From Candidatus Bathyarchaeota archaeon (lineage in GTDB: Archaea; Thermoproteota; Bathyarchaeia; 40CM-2-53-6), in NCBI GenBank assembly GCA_005882895.1, contig VBBD01000009.1, forward strand, positions 7,648-71,647: a stretch of DNA of 64,000 nucleotides, given 5' to 3'. Below the pieces are notes generated by a model. The model saw nothing but the letters and a program-made list of their open reading frames with translations. It searched no databases and was not told the DNA's origin. Both the position numbers and the translations under genes were made by a program. Below are positions 39,087 to 47,884 of this stretch, piece after piece. Position 1 is the stretch's first letter, and every line of letters starts with the position of its first letter.

Positions 39087-39716
39087 CTATTTGTTTTGAT
39101 TCAAGGCTTCGATTAGGGCTTTGGCGACTGCGTCTTCGTCGTGTCTGACCCCGTTGACGTAGAATGTTGGTGTGCCGTTGACTCCACTCCTCACTCCACC
39201 CATGAAGTCGTCCTTGATCCGTTTCTGATATACGTGCTGAGCAATCTCACGCTCAAACTTTTGACCATCCAAGTCCAGCTTCTTTGCGTAGCCAAGGGCG
39301 ACCCTCGGGTCCCCGAGAGTTGCTTGGTTTTCATAGAGAAAGTCGTGCATGGGCCAGAACTTTCCCTGAGCAGAGGCTGCCTCTGCTGTCTCAGCGGCGT
39401 TCATGGCATGCTCGTGAATATTTGTCAGTGGAAAGTTGCGGAACACGAACCGTAATTCAGAGCCGAGTTCCTTCTGGACCCTTTTCACCTCAGGATATGC
39501 CGCGCCACAGTACGGACATTGATAGTCGCCATACTCGACAAGAGTGAGAGAGGCGTTCACAAGCCCTTCAATGTGGTCGCGCTCAGGAGCAACCGGAATT
39601 TCCAGCTTCGGAGCGCGATACTTTCCCGCGGTTTCCTTGCCAGTTGGTTCCAGCAAGGTCTTGCCCGTACCCCGCTTTCGCGCAACAGTCGTTGTCCCGG
39701 ACATCTTCGAGATCAA
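39087..39716 (-). CDS. DsbA family thioredoxin-fold protein
   Basis: EYGDYQCPYC, FRNFPL, GVNGTPT. Confidence 0.92.
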   Translation of the reverse strand: MISKMSGTTTVARKRGTGKTLLEPTGKETAGKYRAPKLEIPVAPERDHIEGLVNASLTLVEYGDYQCPYCGAAYPEVKRVQKELGSELRFVFRNFPLTNIHEHAMNAAETAEAASAQGKFWPMHDFLYENQATLGDPRVALGYAKKLDLDGQKFEREIAQHVYQKRIKDDFMGGVRSGVNGTPTFYVNGVRHDEDAVAKALIEALNQNK

Positions 39717-40363
39717 CTCTTCTCAGTCACTGGAGCCTTGCTCAGATTCTCGAGGGCCGACAAAATGCCGTCGGCTCCTGGGTTGATTCCGTCAGGGGAG
39801 AGGTGGCTCCATCTGATAATTCCCTTGTCGTCGATCACGAAGAGGGCGCGAGCGGACTCGCCGATCTTCTCCTTGTAGGCACCATACTTTCGAGAGACAA
39901 CTCCTTTTGGCTCGAAATCTGCCAGTACAGGAAAGTTGAGCTTCCGGTCCTTGACGAAGGCGAGGTGGGACCAGATATTGTCGACTGAAATGGCAAGGAG
40001 TTCTGCGTTGAACTTTTTGAATTCTGGCATTACCATCGCGTACAATGATAACTGGTCAGTGCAAACGGGGCTCCAGTCTGCAGGGTAGAAAGCAAGGATC
40101 ACAGGTTGTCCCCGGAAATCATTTAGGGACACTTTCTGGTCGGGAGTGCTGTTAAGAGAGAAGTTAGGCGCTGTCTTGCCTGGTCCTAAGACAGAGTCCA
40201 CGGTCTTCACAATCTTCTTGGTCTTCGATGGCTTTTGCGGGCGATTTCGTGCTGTAGCCTTGTTGTCCAATTTCCTCATTCTTCGCCTTTTCCCCCGTTG
40301 CATCAAACTGGCTTTCAGAGGAGCCCCCCCTCTTCCCTGGAAAGAATTGACATTGCAGAGCAT
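39713..40363 (-). CDS. Peroxiredoxin (AhpC/TSA, AhpE-like)
   Basis: FYPADWSPVCT, ISVD, RALFVID. Confidence 0.92.
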   Translation of the reverse strand: MLCNVNSFQGRGGAPLKASLMQRGKRRRMRKLDNKATARNRPQKPSKTKKIVKTVDSVLGPGKTAPNFSLNSTPDQKVSLNDFRGQPVILAFYPADWSPVCTDQLSLYAMVMPEFKKFNAELLAISVDNIWSHLAFVKDRKLNFPVLADFEPKGVVSRKYGAYKEKIGESARALFVIDDKGIIRWSHLSPDGINPGADGILSALENLSKAPVTEKS

Positions 40364-40472
40364 TCCCCTCTCGCGCTATTTATAGACTAACTGGCCGACT
40401 GGTCTTATGTCAAAGGTTCGGCCAGAGTCATCCTGCTGGTGACCTCTTGAGATTTCCTAGGTGTGATTTGCG

Positions 40473-40802
40473 TCAAGGGTCGATGCTAGTATAGTGCTTG
40501 GGCTTCAGGAGGTCGCTGACCACCTTCTCCCTTAGTTGGGCAACTTGGTCTCTCAAGGATTCGCCGAAAGAGAAGCCAGTCCTCAGGGAATATTCTTTGT
40601 AGAGTTCTGCCACCGTCTTGTAGACAAGAAGCTGGGCACTGGTTCCGAAGACTCTTGCGAGGACCTCGATCACTTCGTCGAACCTGCTGGAGATTTCCGA
40701 CGGTTTGATCCCGTTCTTCTCCAATAATTGGAAGATCTCTTCCCTGACGGTTCGGCCAAGTATGTCTTCAAGGACAGTAGTGAAACATTGGTTCAGTGTC
40801 AT
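40473..40802 (-). CDS. Small helical protein (DUF3227/NitrOD5-like), paralog A
   Basis: LEDILG...IFQLLEKNGI...RFDEVIEVLARVFGTSA; similar to 43036..43395. Confidence 0.72.
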   Translation of the reverse strand: MTLNQCFTTVLEDILGRTVREEIFQLLEKNGIKPSEISSRFDEVIEVLARVFGTSAQLLVYKTVAELYKEYSLRTGFSFGESLRDQVAQLREKVVSDLLKPKHYTSIDP

Positions 40803-42445
40803 TTGAAACGTTTCTTCTATCTTGGTCCGCGTGGTATGGCCTCCTCGCCCATTCGATCGATGCCATAATGTTCAGTAGTGTCCAACCGTGGAATCCGTTG
40901 TTTGGTTACACAATGCTTGTCGCAGGAGAAGAACCGTCTTGCGCCGAGAATATGATAGCTGAGGACGTCTCCGGCGAGGAGGGACCAGTGCTAGAACCCC
41001 TTGCTGAAGCGAAACAGATAGGTGTTGAGAAGACGAAGACTGGCGACCTTCTGGACCTTATGTCAAGATTCCTAGAATCGCCAGGAAACGTTCTGCTCAT
41101 CCAAGGTGCCCCGGGCACCGGGAAAACAACGCTCGCCCTTGAACTTCTAAACGAGATGAAAGGAACCCGCATCGGTCCTCACACAATTTCTGCCAACAAG
41201 GTGTATGTGTCAAGCCGAGTCTCTTCTTCGAAACTGCACCGACACTTCCCCGGGGTTCATGAAGTACTCGATTCTATGTCTGGAAAAGAGGCAGCGGGCA
41301 GCGGGACGCGGATAGGAGGGGATAGTCGAATAGCAGGAGCAGCGAACATTGTTGGCAGGATTCTTACGTTGAAGCGAGCTAAACAGAAAGGCATCATAGT
41401 TGTGGACAGTTGGGAAGGTGCAATAGCGAACGCGACGGAGGAACAACGTAATGCAATGGAAACCGCGATTTTTCAGGACTTGGAAGAGAGCAAGCTAAGC
41501 GCGGTAATTGTGAGCGAAAGCGAAAATTCTCCTAAGCTCGACTATCTCGTAGATGGCATCGTAACACTTTCGCTATCCCACTTGGAAGATAGGACTGTGA
41601 GGAGCGTAGTTGTCAACAAGCTTCGCGGGTTCAGGCTTCACACACAAGGGGCGCTGTTTTCGCTCGACGGGGGCAAGTTCACCCTACTACCGAGGGTTGA
41701 GTTTCACTTTGACATTGATAGATCAGTCAATCCGAAGCTACTAAGCCCCGTGCGTAATTCCGAATCCTCCTATTCGACCGGTAGTCCGGACCTTGACGCG
41801 TTGTTGGACGGTGGAGTCAGGAAAGGTTCTTCTCTTCTATTGGATGTCAACAGCACCGTCTCGCCCCACTCCGTGAAGCTTCTCCTCGACATCATGGCGG
41901 CGAACTTCATCAATCAGGGAGGGACGGCGTTCATCATTCCCTACAGCATATTCAGCTCGCAAAACATTGCTGAGTCTCTGAAGACCTACGTCGGAGACAC
42001 GGTGCTGAATGAGAGAGTCCGGATAGCAGAGTTCAACCAAGTTCTTCCCGATGAAAAATGGAGGGTGAAGCTCACAGGCAGGCTACAGGAAGATCTAGCC
42101 GCTTTCAATAACGCATGGAACGAACTCGGAACTATCTCATCAGCGAGGGCGCTGAAATACGATTTCGACAAGACAGTACAGCTTTACGGCGAAACTCTAG
42201 GGCTGCCTGGCATCGCCGAAATAGGGGCAGGAATTCGTGATTCAAGGGCGCTCAGCGTCGGTGTAATCTCACGACCAACCACCCTTAGGGAGGAACTTCT
42301 GAGGGCAGTTGACTACCACTTGAAGATGCAAACGGTCAACGGGTCACTGCTCATCTATGGGGTCAAACCGATTACCAATGTTCATGGTGTAAAATTCGGT
42401 TTTGAGCGAGGGTACCCTAGATTGTCCTTAACGGAAATCGTCTAA
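40796..42445 (+). CDS. KaiC/GvpD-like RecA-superfamily ATPase (likely start ATG 40952)
   Basis: GAPGTGKTT, IVVDSW, LDYLVDGIV, KLRG; second domain STGSPDLDALLDGG with degenerate Walker A. Confidence 0.88.
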   Translation: MSFETFLLSWSAWYGLLAHSIDAIMFSSVQPWNPLFGYTMLVAGEEPSCAENMIAEDVSGEEGPVLEPLAEAKQIGVEKTKTGDLLDLMSRFLESPGNVLLIQGAPGTGKTTLALELLNEMKGTRIGPHTISANKVYVSSRVSSSKLHRHFPGVHEVLDSMSGKEAAGSGTRIGGDSRIAGAANIVGRILTLKRAKQKGIIVVDSWEGAIANATEEQRNAMETAIFQDLEESKLSAVIVSESENSPKLDYLVDGIVTLSLSHLEDRTVRSVVVNKLRGFRLHTQGALFSLDGGKFTLLPRVEFHFDIDRSVNPKLLSPVRNSESSYSTGSPDLDALLDGGVRKGSSLLLDVNSTVSPHSVKLLLDIMAANFINQGGTAFIIPYSIFSSQNIAESLKTYVGDTVLNERVRIAEFNQVLPDEKWRVKLTGRLQEDLAAFNNAWNELGTISSARALKYDFDKTVQLYGETLGLPGIAEIGAGIRDSRALSVGVISRPTTLREELLRAVDYHLKMQTVNGSLLIYGVKPITNVHGVKFGFERGYPRLSLTEIV

Positions 42446-42680
42446 CTCCTATCAGAACAAATTCGTCACATGTCGAATCGTGCCGAAAACAGACACCGGG
42501 TTCCCGCGGATTGCAGAGTCGTCAACCTATCGCCGCTTCTACTAAGGAATCTGAACTCAACACCGGAGCTTAGTTCACGAACACACACGCCCCATCGGCG
42601 GGTATCCAAGTGTGTTTCTTTGTAAACTGCACATCTAAGTTCAAGGTCACGAAAACTAGTGACAAGTCTCAGGGTGGTCG

Positions 42681-42929
42681 TTGGGTAGAAGGACCCATAG
42701 GATAGTACTGGTGCTTGAAGACGCTCTAGTTAACCAACTGGAAAGCATAGCCCGGAAAAAGAGGACGAGCATCGAGGATCTGCTCAAGGAGCGCGTCATA
42801 CAGGAGTGGATAGGCAAAAGACGTATCGTTAATCAGCGGGTCTTCGAAGAACGCCCGAAGCGAACCCGCCGGGCCAACAACCGTCACAGTCGCCCCGAAC
42901 CAGTCCGCCAGACTGCCAGTGGTAGTTGA
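42681..42929 (+). CDS. Ribbon-helix-helix (CopG-like) protein
   Basis: RIVLVLEDALVNQLESIARKKRTSIEDLL. Confidence 0.65.
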   Translation: MGRRTHRIVLVLEDALVNQLESIARKKRTSIEDLLKERVIQEWIGKRRIVNQRVFEERPKRTRRANNRHSRPEPVRQTASGS

Positions 42930-43035
42930 TGCTAGCCATTGGCGGGAAGAAGGGGTTACCGCTTGTCTCGAATGATGGAAACGCTAGGCGTATCCGGTCG
43001 TTCCCTCGCTCGTTTCATCACTATCTGGGCGATCC

Positions 43036-43395
43036 ATGCGTACGAACTTAATGCCTGGGTTTCAACTGGCTGTGGACTACTGGTTCGACCATGTCCTGCA
43101 AGGAATGGGTGGACCCATCCGGGACTGGATCTATGATTTCCTAAGCAAGAAAGGCATCAGCCGGGAAGATATCCCTGGCAGATTTGAGGATGTTGTGAAG
43201 ACACTGATGGAAAGGTTAGGGTCGAGCGCACGTGTCATCGCTTATAGGACGGTGGTTGAGCTGTACAAGGAGTTCGCGCTGCCACCGAACTTCGAGTATG
43301 ATGATTCTTTGCCGGATAGATTTGTCTATCTCAAAGAGAGAGTGGTCGCGGATCGGCTGCATCCAACAACCCCCAGTCTAAGATTTCCTACCTAA
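43036..43395 (+). CDS. Small helical protein (DUF3227/NitrOD5-like), paralog B
   Basis: IYDFLSKKGISREDIPGRFEDVVKTLMERLGSSA...ELYKEF. Confidence 0.75.
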   Translation: MRTNLMPGFQLAVDYWFDHVLQGMGGPIRDWIYDFLSKKGISREDIPGRFEDVVKTLMERLGSSARVIAYRTVVELYKEFALPPNFEYDDSLPDRFVYLKERVVADRLHPTTPSLRFPT

Positions 43396-43559
43396 CGGGC
43401 CTCTTTCTTTATCGACTCTACTAAGAAGCAACTGCACAATCGTTCTCTTCTGTAATCTCTCAATACGTTATAGGGGTTGGGCAACCTGTCCGGCCGCCAG
43501 ATCTCTTCTGTTTGGATCAAAAATAGTGGAACTACCGTTTCGCCTACGAGCAGAATAGT

Positions 43560-44393
43560 CTAGACGTGAGACGAGGCAAAAGACTCATGACTCATTTGTT
43601 CTAAGAATGAGGACACGATGGCGTTGAATTCTTCCGGTCTGGACATGTTGGCGATATGGTCTGCGCCTTTTATGACTCTGAGCTTCGATCCAGGTATTAG
43701 CTCGTGCAAGCTCTTGGCCATCAGCTGGCTAGCCTTTACGTCTTGGTCTCCCACGATTAGAATCGTGGGTATGCGAATCTGATTCAGCTTTGCGAAGGCG
43801 GGTGGCTCAGGTGACTTTTGTAGTTTGTTCGGCGGGTTCTTGTGCATGTGTGAGTTAGCGGTTGCTATCTCGAGAATACGACTCTTGCTCGTCGCTCCTT
43901 GGGCAGAGGCCCAAATCTCGAGATCCATATTGACAGCGTCGTCTATTCTGTTTTCGCTAATTGCAAGATCCTGTAGGCCCTCTCTCTTGTCAAGTTCTTC
44001 CCATTCTCTATCTTCCTCTGGACCCGAGCTCCTATAGCCGCGTATCCCGGGCGAGACGAGAATCAGACTGTTTACCATAGAAGAGTGGACAGAAACGAAG
44101 TCGAGTGCGATTCTGCCTCCGTTGGAGACCCCAAGAATGCTAGCGCTCTCAATCTTGAGATGCTTGAGTAAAGTGAACAGGTCTTCTGCGTCTGAATACT
44201 CTGCGCTGGGCTTGCTTGACCTCCCGTAGCCTCTCACATCATAGCGGATGACCCGCAGATTCTTCGCGAACTTCTGGAACTGCTCGTTCCACATTCTGTT
44301 GTCGAGGAAGCCAGCGTGTATCAGTACAAGAGGGGTCCCTTCGCCTGCGGTTTCGTAGTATAGACTCCCTCCCCGAACCGTTAGATAGCTCAT
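43560..44393 (-). CDS. Alpha/beta hydrolase (PcaD-like)
   Basis: LIHAG, YDVRGYGRS, GVSNGG, ADH. Confidence 0.9.
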   Translation of the reverse strand: MSYLTVRGGSLYYETAGEGTPLVLIHAGFLDNRMWNEQFQKFAKNLRVIRYDVRGYGRSSKPSAEYSDAEDLFTLLKHLKIESASILGVSNGGRIALDFVSVHSSMVNSLILVSPGIRGYRSSGPEEDREWEELDKREGLQDLAISENRIDDAVNMDLEIWASAQGATSKSRILEIATANSHMHKNPPNKLQKSPEPPAFAKLNQIRIPTILIVGDQDVKASQLMAKSLHELIPGSKLRVIKGADHIANMSRPEEFNAIVSSFLEQMSHESFASSHV

Positions 44394-44573
44394 TTACGCT
44401 GCTCGGTTTGCGGCAACATAGTATTGTTCTTTCGGAACTTCCTGTATGACGACTATTGTCTGGTCCCGCGGCGCCTTTGCAATCTTCTCCACGGCGTCTG
44501 TGATCGCCTTGGCAAGATCGTCCTTCTGCTGTTGCGTCCTCCCCGGGTACATCAAAACCCTAACAATCGGCAT
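44394..44573 (-). CDS. 4-oxalocrotonate tautomerase family protein (59 aa, missed by ORF track)
   Basis: Manual translation MPIVRVLMYPGRTQQQKDDLAKAITDAVEKIAKAPRDQTIVVIQEVPKEQYYVAANRAA; catalytic Pro1 and GR motif; abuts the hydrolase ATG. Confidence 0.92.
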   Translation of the reverse strand: MPIVRVLMYPGRTQQQKDDLAKAITDAVEKIAKAPRDQTIVVIQEVPKEQYYVAANRAA

Positions 44574-44637
44574 GGAAATGAACCAGACTTTCCCTGCTCA
44601 AGAAAGTTTGCATGGTTGTGAGATCCGGTTCAGCCTA

Positions 44638-45351
44638 TTAACGAGCGGGCTCATGATTTCCACTCCTCCACTTGGCGGAGCCGTGGATCTCTCCTTGTAG
44701 AACGTCGTAGGCTAGTGGTCCGTCTCTGTCGTCAACCACCATTATGATGTCGCCGTAGCCTAGAAAGGCGTCTAGGATGTTGACGCCGTTTCTGAACAGA
44801 AGTTCGGTGATATAGGATGCTATTCCAGGGGTCATCTCGGCGCGAGGCGAGAGGTTGAGTGTCAGCTTGGCCACGTTCTCCTGTGTCGTCGCCTCTCGAA
44901 GGTGCTCCAGTTTTCCTCGGACTAGGGCGTAGTCTTCTCCGGGCAGGATGAGTTTGATAGAGTTTGAGAGTGGGAAGAGGTGTGGGAACTCTGAGAGATC
45001 GCTCCAGACTTCTGACAATTCTTTGATTATGGTCGAGAACTGGGTCTTTGGTGCTCTTATCGTCACGTCTACTATGCCGCTTGAAAGGGAAATCCTCGCG
45101 TCCTTGAGGACTCTCGACGCGTCGGGGCTCTTGTCGTTTGATAGGGTGTCGGAGAACCTCTTGATCGCTACGACTAGCGTGTTGATGGTGGCCTCTCTTC
45201 CGCTCAGTTGTTTGACTTGTGGCTGGATGAGTTCTGCGAGGGAGTGGAAGTTCATGAGCTTCATCTTCAAGCATTGATAGATGGGATAGTTTCTGGTCAG
45301 AATCTCACGCACCGCTTCCGGAACGCTTACACTGTTTCCGTGAACTGTCAA
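44638..45351 (-). CDS. Archaeal HTH-like plus ACT-domain protein (start uncertain; ORF track 45468 overextended)
   Basis: SVPEAVREIL...MNFHSLAELI...LVVAIKRF N-domain; C-terminal ACT (TPGIASYITELLFRNGVNI). Confidence 0.78.
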   Translation of the reverse strand: MTVHGNSVSVPEAVREILTRNYPIYQCLKMKLMNFHSLAELIQPQVKQLSGREATINTLVVAIKRFSDTLSNDKSPDASRVLKDARISLSSGIVDVTIRAPKTQFSTIIKELSEVWSDLSEFPHLFPLSNSIKLILPGEDYALVRGKLEHLREATTQENVAKLTLNLSPRAEMTPGIASYITELLFRNGVNILDAFLGYGDIIMVVDDRDGPLAYDVLQGEIHGSAKWRSGNHEPAR

Positions 45352-45413
45352 GCCTTGTGATTCCTTGCCTTGGTGTAATATATGGTGGTTCCGAAATAAA
45401 AGTCTTATATGCA

Positions 45414-45450
45414 AGTAACAAGTGTTACTGTACTGCAATAAAATGCAGTA
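45414..45450. promoter_or_regulatory. Tandem palindromic operators in a divergent promoter
   Basis: AGTAACA-AG-TGTTACT (45414-45429) and TACTGCA-ATAAAA-TGCAGTA (45431-45450), just after TATA-like CTTATAT. Confidence 0.65.
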
Positions 45451-45462
45451 GAAAAAACAACA

Positions 45463-45981
45463 ATGCAAACCAATATGAATTTCCCGACCTACGTGTTCGC
45501 GACCGTCAATCCGGGCCGCAGCACCAACGTGGTTGAGGAGCTAAAGCGAAACAGCCAGATTGACCTCATCGCACCGGTCACAGGCCGATACGACCTAGTC
45601 CTACGCCTGAAACCGAACACCCCACACAACATCTACCAGACAGTCAAAGAAATCCGCGAGATCAACGACATCCGCACAACCGACACTCACACAGGCTTCG
45701 ACGGTATTCAGCCGACCAAGAAATTCGAGAACCAAATGGCCCTCGGCTTTTCCTTGTTAAACTGTGAGCACACTACCAGCGAGAACGTCATCAAGCAGCT
45801 CAGCAGCATACCCGGCTTCGTAGAAGCATCTACGGTACCCGGACAGTTCGACATAGTCGCACTCTGGCAAGCACGAACCTCTGAAGACATTGTGAAGACC
45901 TCCGTTGAGAGAGTTAGTCACCTTGATGGTATCTTCAAGAGCGAGACACTTCTCGCTTATGCACCGTTCTTCAAAGCGTAA
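45463..45981 (+). CDS. Tandem Lrp/AsnC ligand-binding (RAM) domain protein lacking HTH
   Basis: Two repeats VTGRYDLV...IRTTDT and VPGQFDIV...IFKSETL. Confidence 0.85.
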   Translation: MQTNMNFPTYVFATVNPGRSTNVVEELKRNSQIDLIAPVTGRYDLVLRLKPNTPHNIYQTVKEIREINDIRTTDTHTGFDGIQPTKKFENQMALGFSLLNCEHTTSENVIKQLSSIPGFVEASTVPGQFDIVALWQARTSEDIVKTSVERVSHLDGIFKSETLLAYAPFFKA

Positions 45982-46005
45982 TCATCCAAATATAGCTCCG
46001 TCAAC

Positions 46006-46019
46006 CTCCCCCCTTTTTT
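46006..46019 (+). terminator. Archaeal pyrimidine/T-tract terminator
   Basis: C-run followed by a T-run about 30 nt after the RAM-domain gene stop. Confidence 0.5.
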
Positions 46020-46117
46020 GGACCCTCTGTTCTTTGTGTGTGAAGATTTTCAATCGTCCATCGACCAACTGACCGTGCTCGCGAACGGGAGACATTTACT
46101 GGAAAGTAAAGATAGAT

Positions 46118-47527
46118 CTAATGAGCTCTGGGAAGTTCCCGGAGACTTTCTTCTGCGGCTGCAAGAACTCTTTCAACGTCAAGCTCGTCGTGTGATGCAG
46201 AGACCATGATTCTCTCCATACCATCAGGATGGAAGTAAACCCCTCTCTGTAGCATTAGGTTACGAAATGTCCTGAATCTCTCCGTGTTTGCATAGAGGGT
46301 CTGTCGATACCCCGTTATCTTGCGTTCTTTGGTGAAGAACACCTGGAACATGGGTCCGAGACCTTGAACGATCCCCTCATGATCGTAACGTTCCATTAGT
46401 TCTCCTAGTCCCTCCATGATTCTTGCTCCGGTGGTATGCATGTGCCTGAATGCCTCGTCATCGTTCCTGGTAAGCTCCCGCAACGTTGCCTTGGCTGCGG
46501 CGAGGCACATCGAGTTCCCGTTGTATGTTCCACCGTAGCCGATTCGTCCCGGCCCGATCATACCCATGACATCTCTTCGGCCTGTGACCGCTGCGATCGG
46601 TGCTCCGCCGCCTAGGGCCTTTGCAAAGCAGGACAAATCGGGCTTTACGCTATAGAATTCTTGAGCTCCACCAGGAGCGAGACGGAACCCGGTCAGGACT
46701 TCATCGAAGATGAGGAGTACGTCGTCATTGTCAGCGATTTCTCTGACAGACTTGAGATAGTCTTCGTCTGGCAGAATTACGCCGGAGCTTCCGAGAACTG
46801 GTTCCATGATAATTGCGGCAAGGTCCGCTGCGTTCTTCTTGACGGCCTTCTCTAGGGCAGTTGTATCGTTCCATTTTGCAATGACAACGGTCTTTGCTAT
46901 CTCTTCAGGGATTCCGGGATAGAACGGAAGCTTCGAAGGGGACTGTTCCAGTCCAGCCACAACCGAAGGTGATTCCACGCTGAAGAGGACATAGTCGTGA
47001 TGTCCGTGATAATGGCCTTCGAACTTGAGGAGCTTCTCCCTCCCTGTGAACGCTCGAGCAATCCGGACCGCCTCCATCGTAGCCTCTGTCCCCGTGTTCG
47101 AGAAGCTGACCATCTCAGCAGACGGAACCATCGACTGAATCTTCTTTGCAACCTCCACCTCCAACTCAGTAGTGGTCCCAAGCATGGAACCGTTCTGAAG
47201 CTGATCAGCGACAGCGCTGACAATTGCTGGGTGAGCGTGCCCGAGGATTAGCGCACCATAGGCGATTAGGAGGTCCACGTACTCGTTCTCGTCAAGGTCG
47301 CGAACTCGGGACCCCAGACCGTTCTTGAAGAGGATTGGGAAGGGGTCGTGAGCGTGAACGCGGATATTCGAGGACGCCCCCGATGGAAGGTGCCTTCTCG
47401 CTTCTTGGTATGTGGCGTATGATCTGGAGAAATTTGTGAGGAGTGGCAGTGAGGGACGAGCTATTCGTCGTTCGGCCTCGGCCCTTGCTTGGCTGAGGGC
47501 GTTCTCTGCTTTGAGCTTTGTGAACAA
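46118..47527 (-). CDS. Class III aminotransferase (glutamate-1-semialdehyde aminomutase-like)
   Basis: NTGTEATM, FEGHYHG, IFDEVLTGFR, FAKALGGG, GGTYNGN; GGAGG upstream of TTG. Confidence 0.92.
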   Translation of the reverse strand: MFTKLKAENALSQARAEAERRIARPSLPLLTNFSRSYATYQEARRHLPSGASSNIRVHAHDPFPILFKNGLGSRVRDLDENEYVDLLIAYGALILGHAHPAIVSAVADQLQNGSMLGTTTELEVEVAKKIQSMVPSAEMVSFSNTGTEATMEAVRIARAFTGREKLLKFEGHYHGHHDYVLFSVESPSVVAGLEQSPSKLPFYPGIPEEIAKTVVIAKWNDTTALEKAVKKNAADLAAIIMEPVLGSSGVILPDEDYLKSVREIADNDDVLLIFDEVLTGFRLAPGGAQEFYSVKPDLSCFAKALGGGAPIAAVTGRRDVMGMIGPGRIGYGGTYNGNSMCLAAAKATLRELTRNDDEAFRHMHTTGARIMEGLGELMERYDHEGIVQGLGPMFQVFFTKERKITGYRQTLYANTERFRTFRNLMLQRGVYFHPDGMERIMVSASHDELDVERVLAAAEESLRELPRAH

Positions 47528-47884
47528 CGGCTTATTCCTCCCATGTCTAATAGTCTATTCCGCTTGGCGGGTATAAAAAGATGTATTTTTTCGGTGTTTT
47601 TGTTAGGGTTTCGAACTTTTTATCCGCTCCACGTACTCGCGCCCCACAAAATCATCCCTTTGGAAACAACGCAACTATTTCTGCTCCCTCAGCGAGTCCC
47701 GAGCAAGCCCATTACTGTAGGCGTTGGTCCCCATTCTCTAGTCCCTGCAGGGGGATGTTCATTCGAGAAATAATGTCCTAGCACCCGATGATGGATTCAA
47801 TGGCCCTGAAAGGTGAACCCCTCTGGTTCAAGTCCCCGTGAGCCTCCTACCACCCGCTTTTTGTCTTCGTCATTTCGCTGGAGA

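Noticed and set aside
40796-42445. Gas vesicle cluster or circadian clock
   Set aside because: No gvpA/gvpN or kaiA/kaiB, and the second ATPase domain is degenerate.
42550-42620. Two hairpins between the ATPase and RHH genes as an ncRNA
   Set aside because: Short 6-7 bp stems with large loops, compatible with chance.
46118-47527. Calling the aminotransferase hemL
   Set aside because: No tetrapyrrole genes nearby, and GSA-like paralogs are common; gene symbol withheld.
47717-47852. Canonical tRNA (including Sec/Pyl)
   Set aside because: The T-stem and acceptor stem do not pair properly and no D-arm can be built; kept only as an unknown ncRNA candidate.
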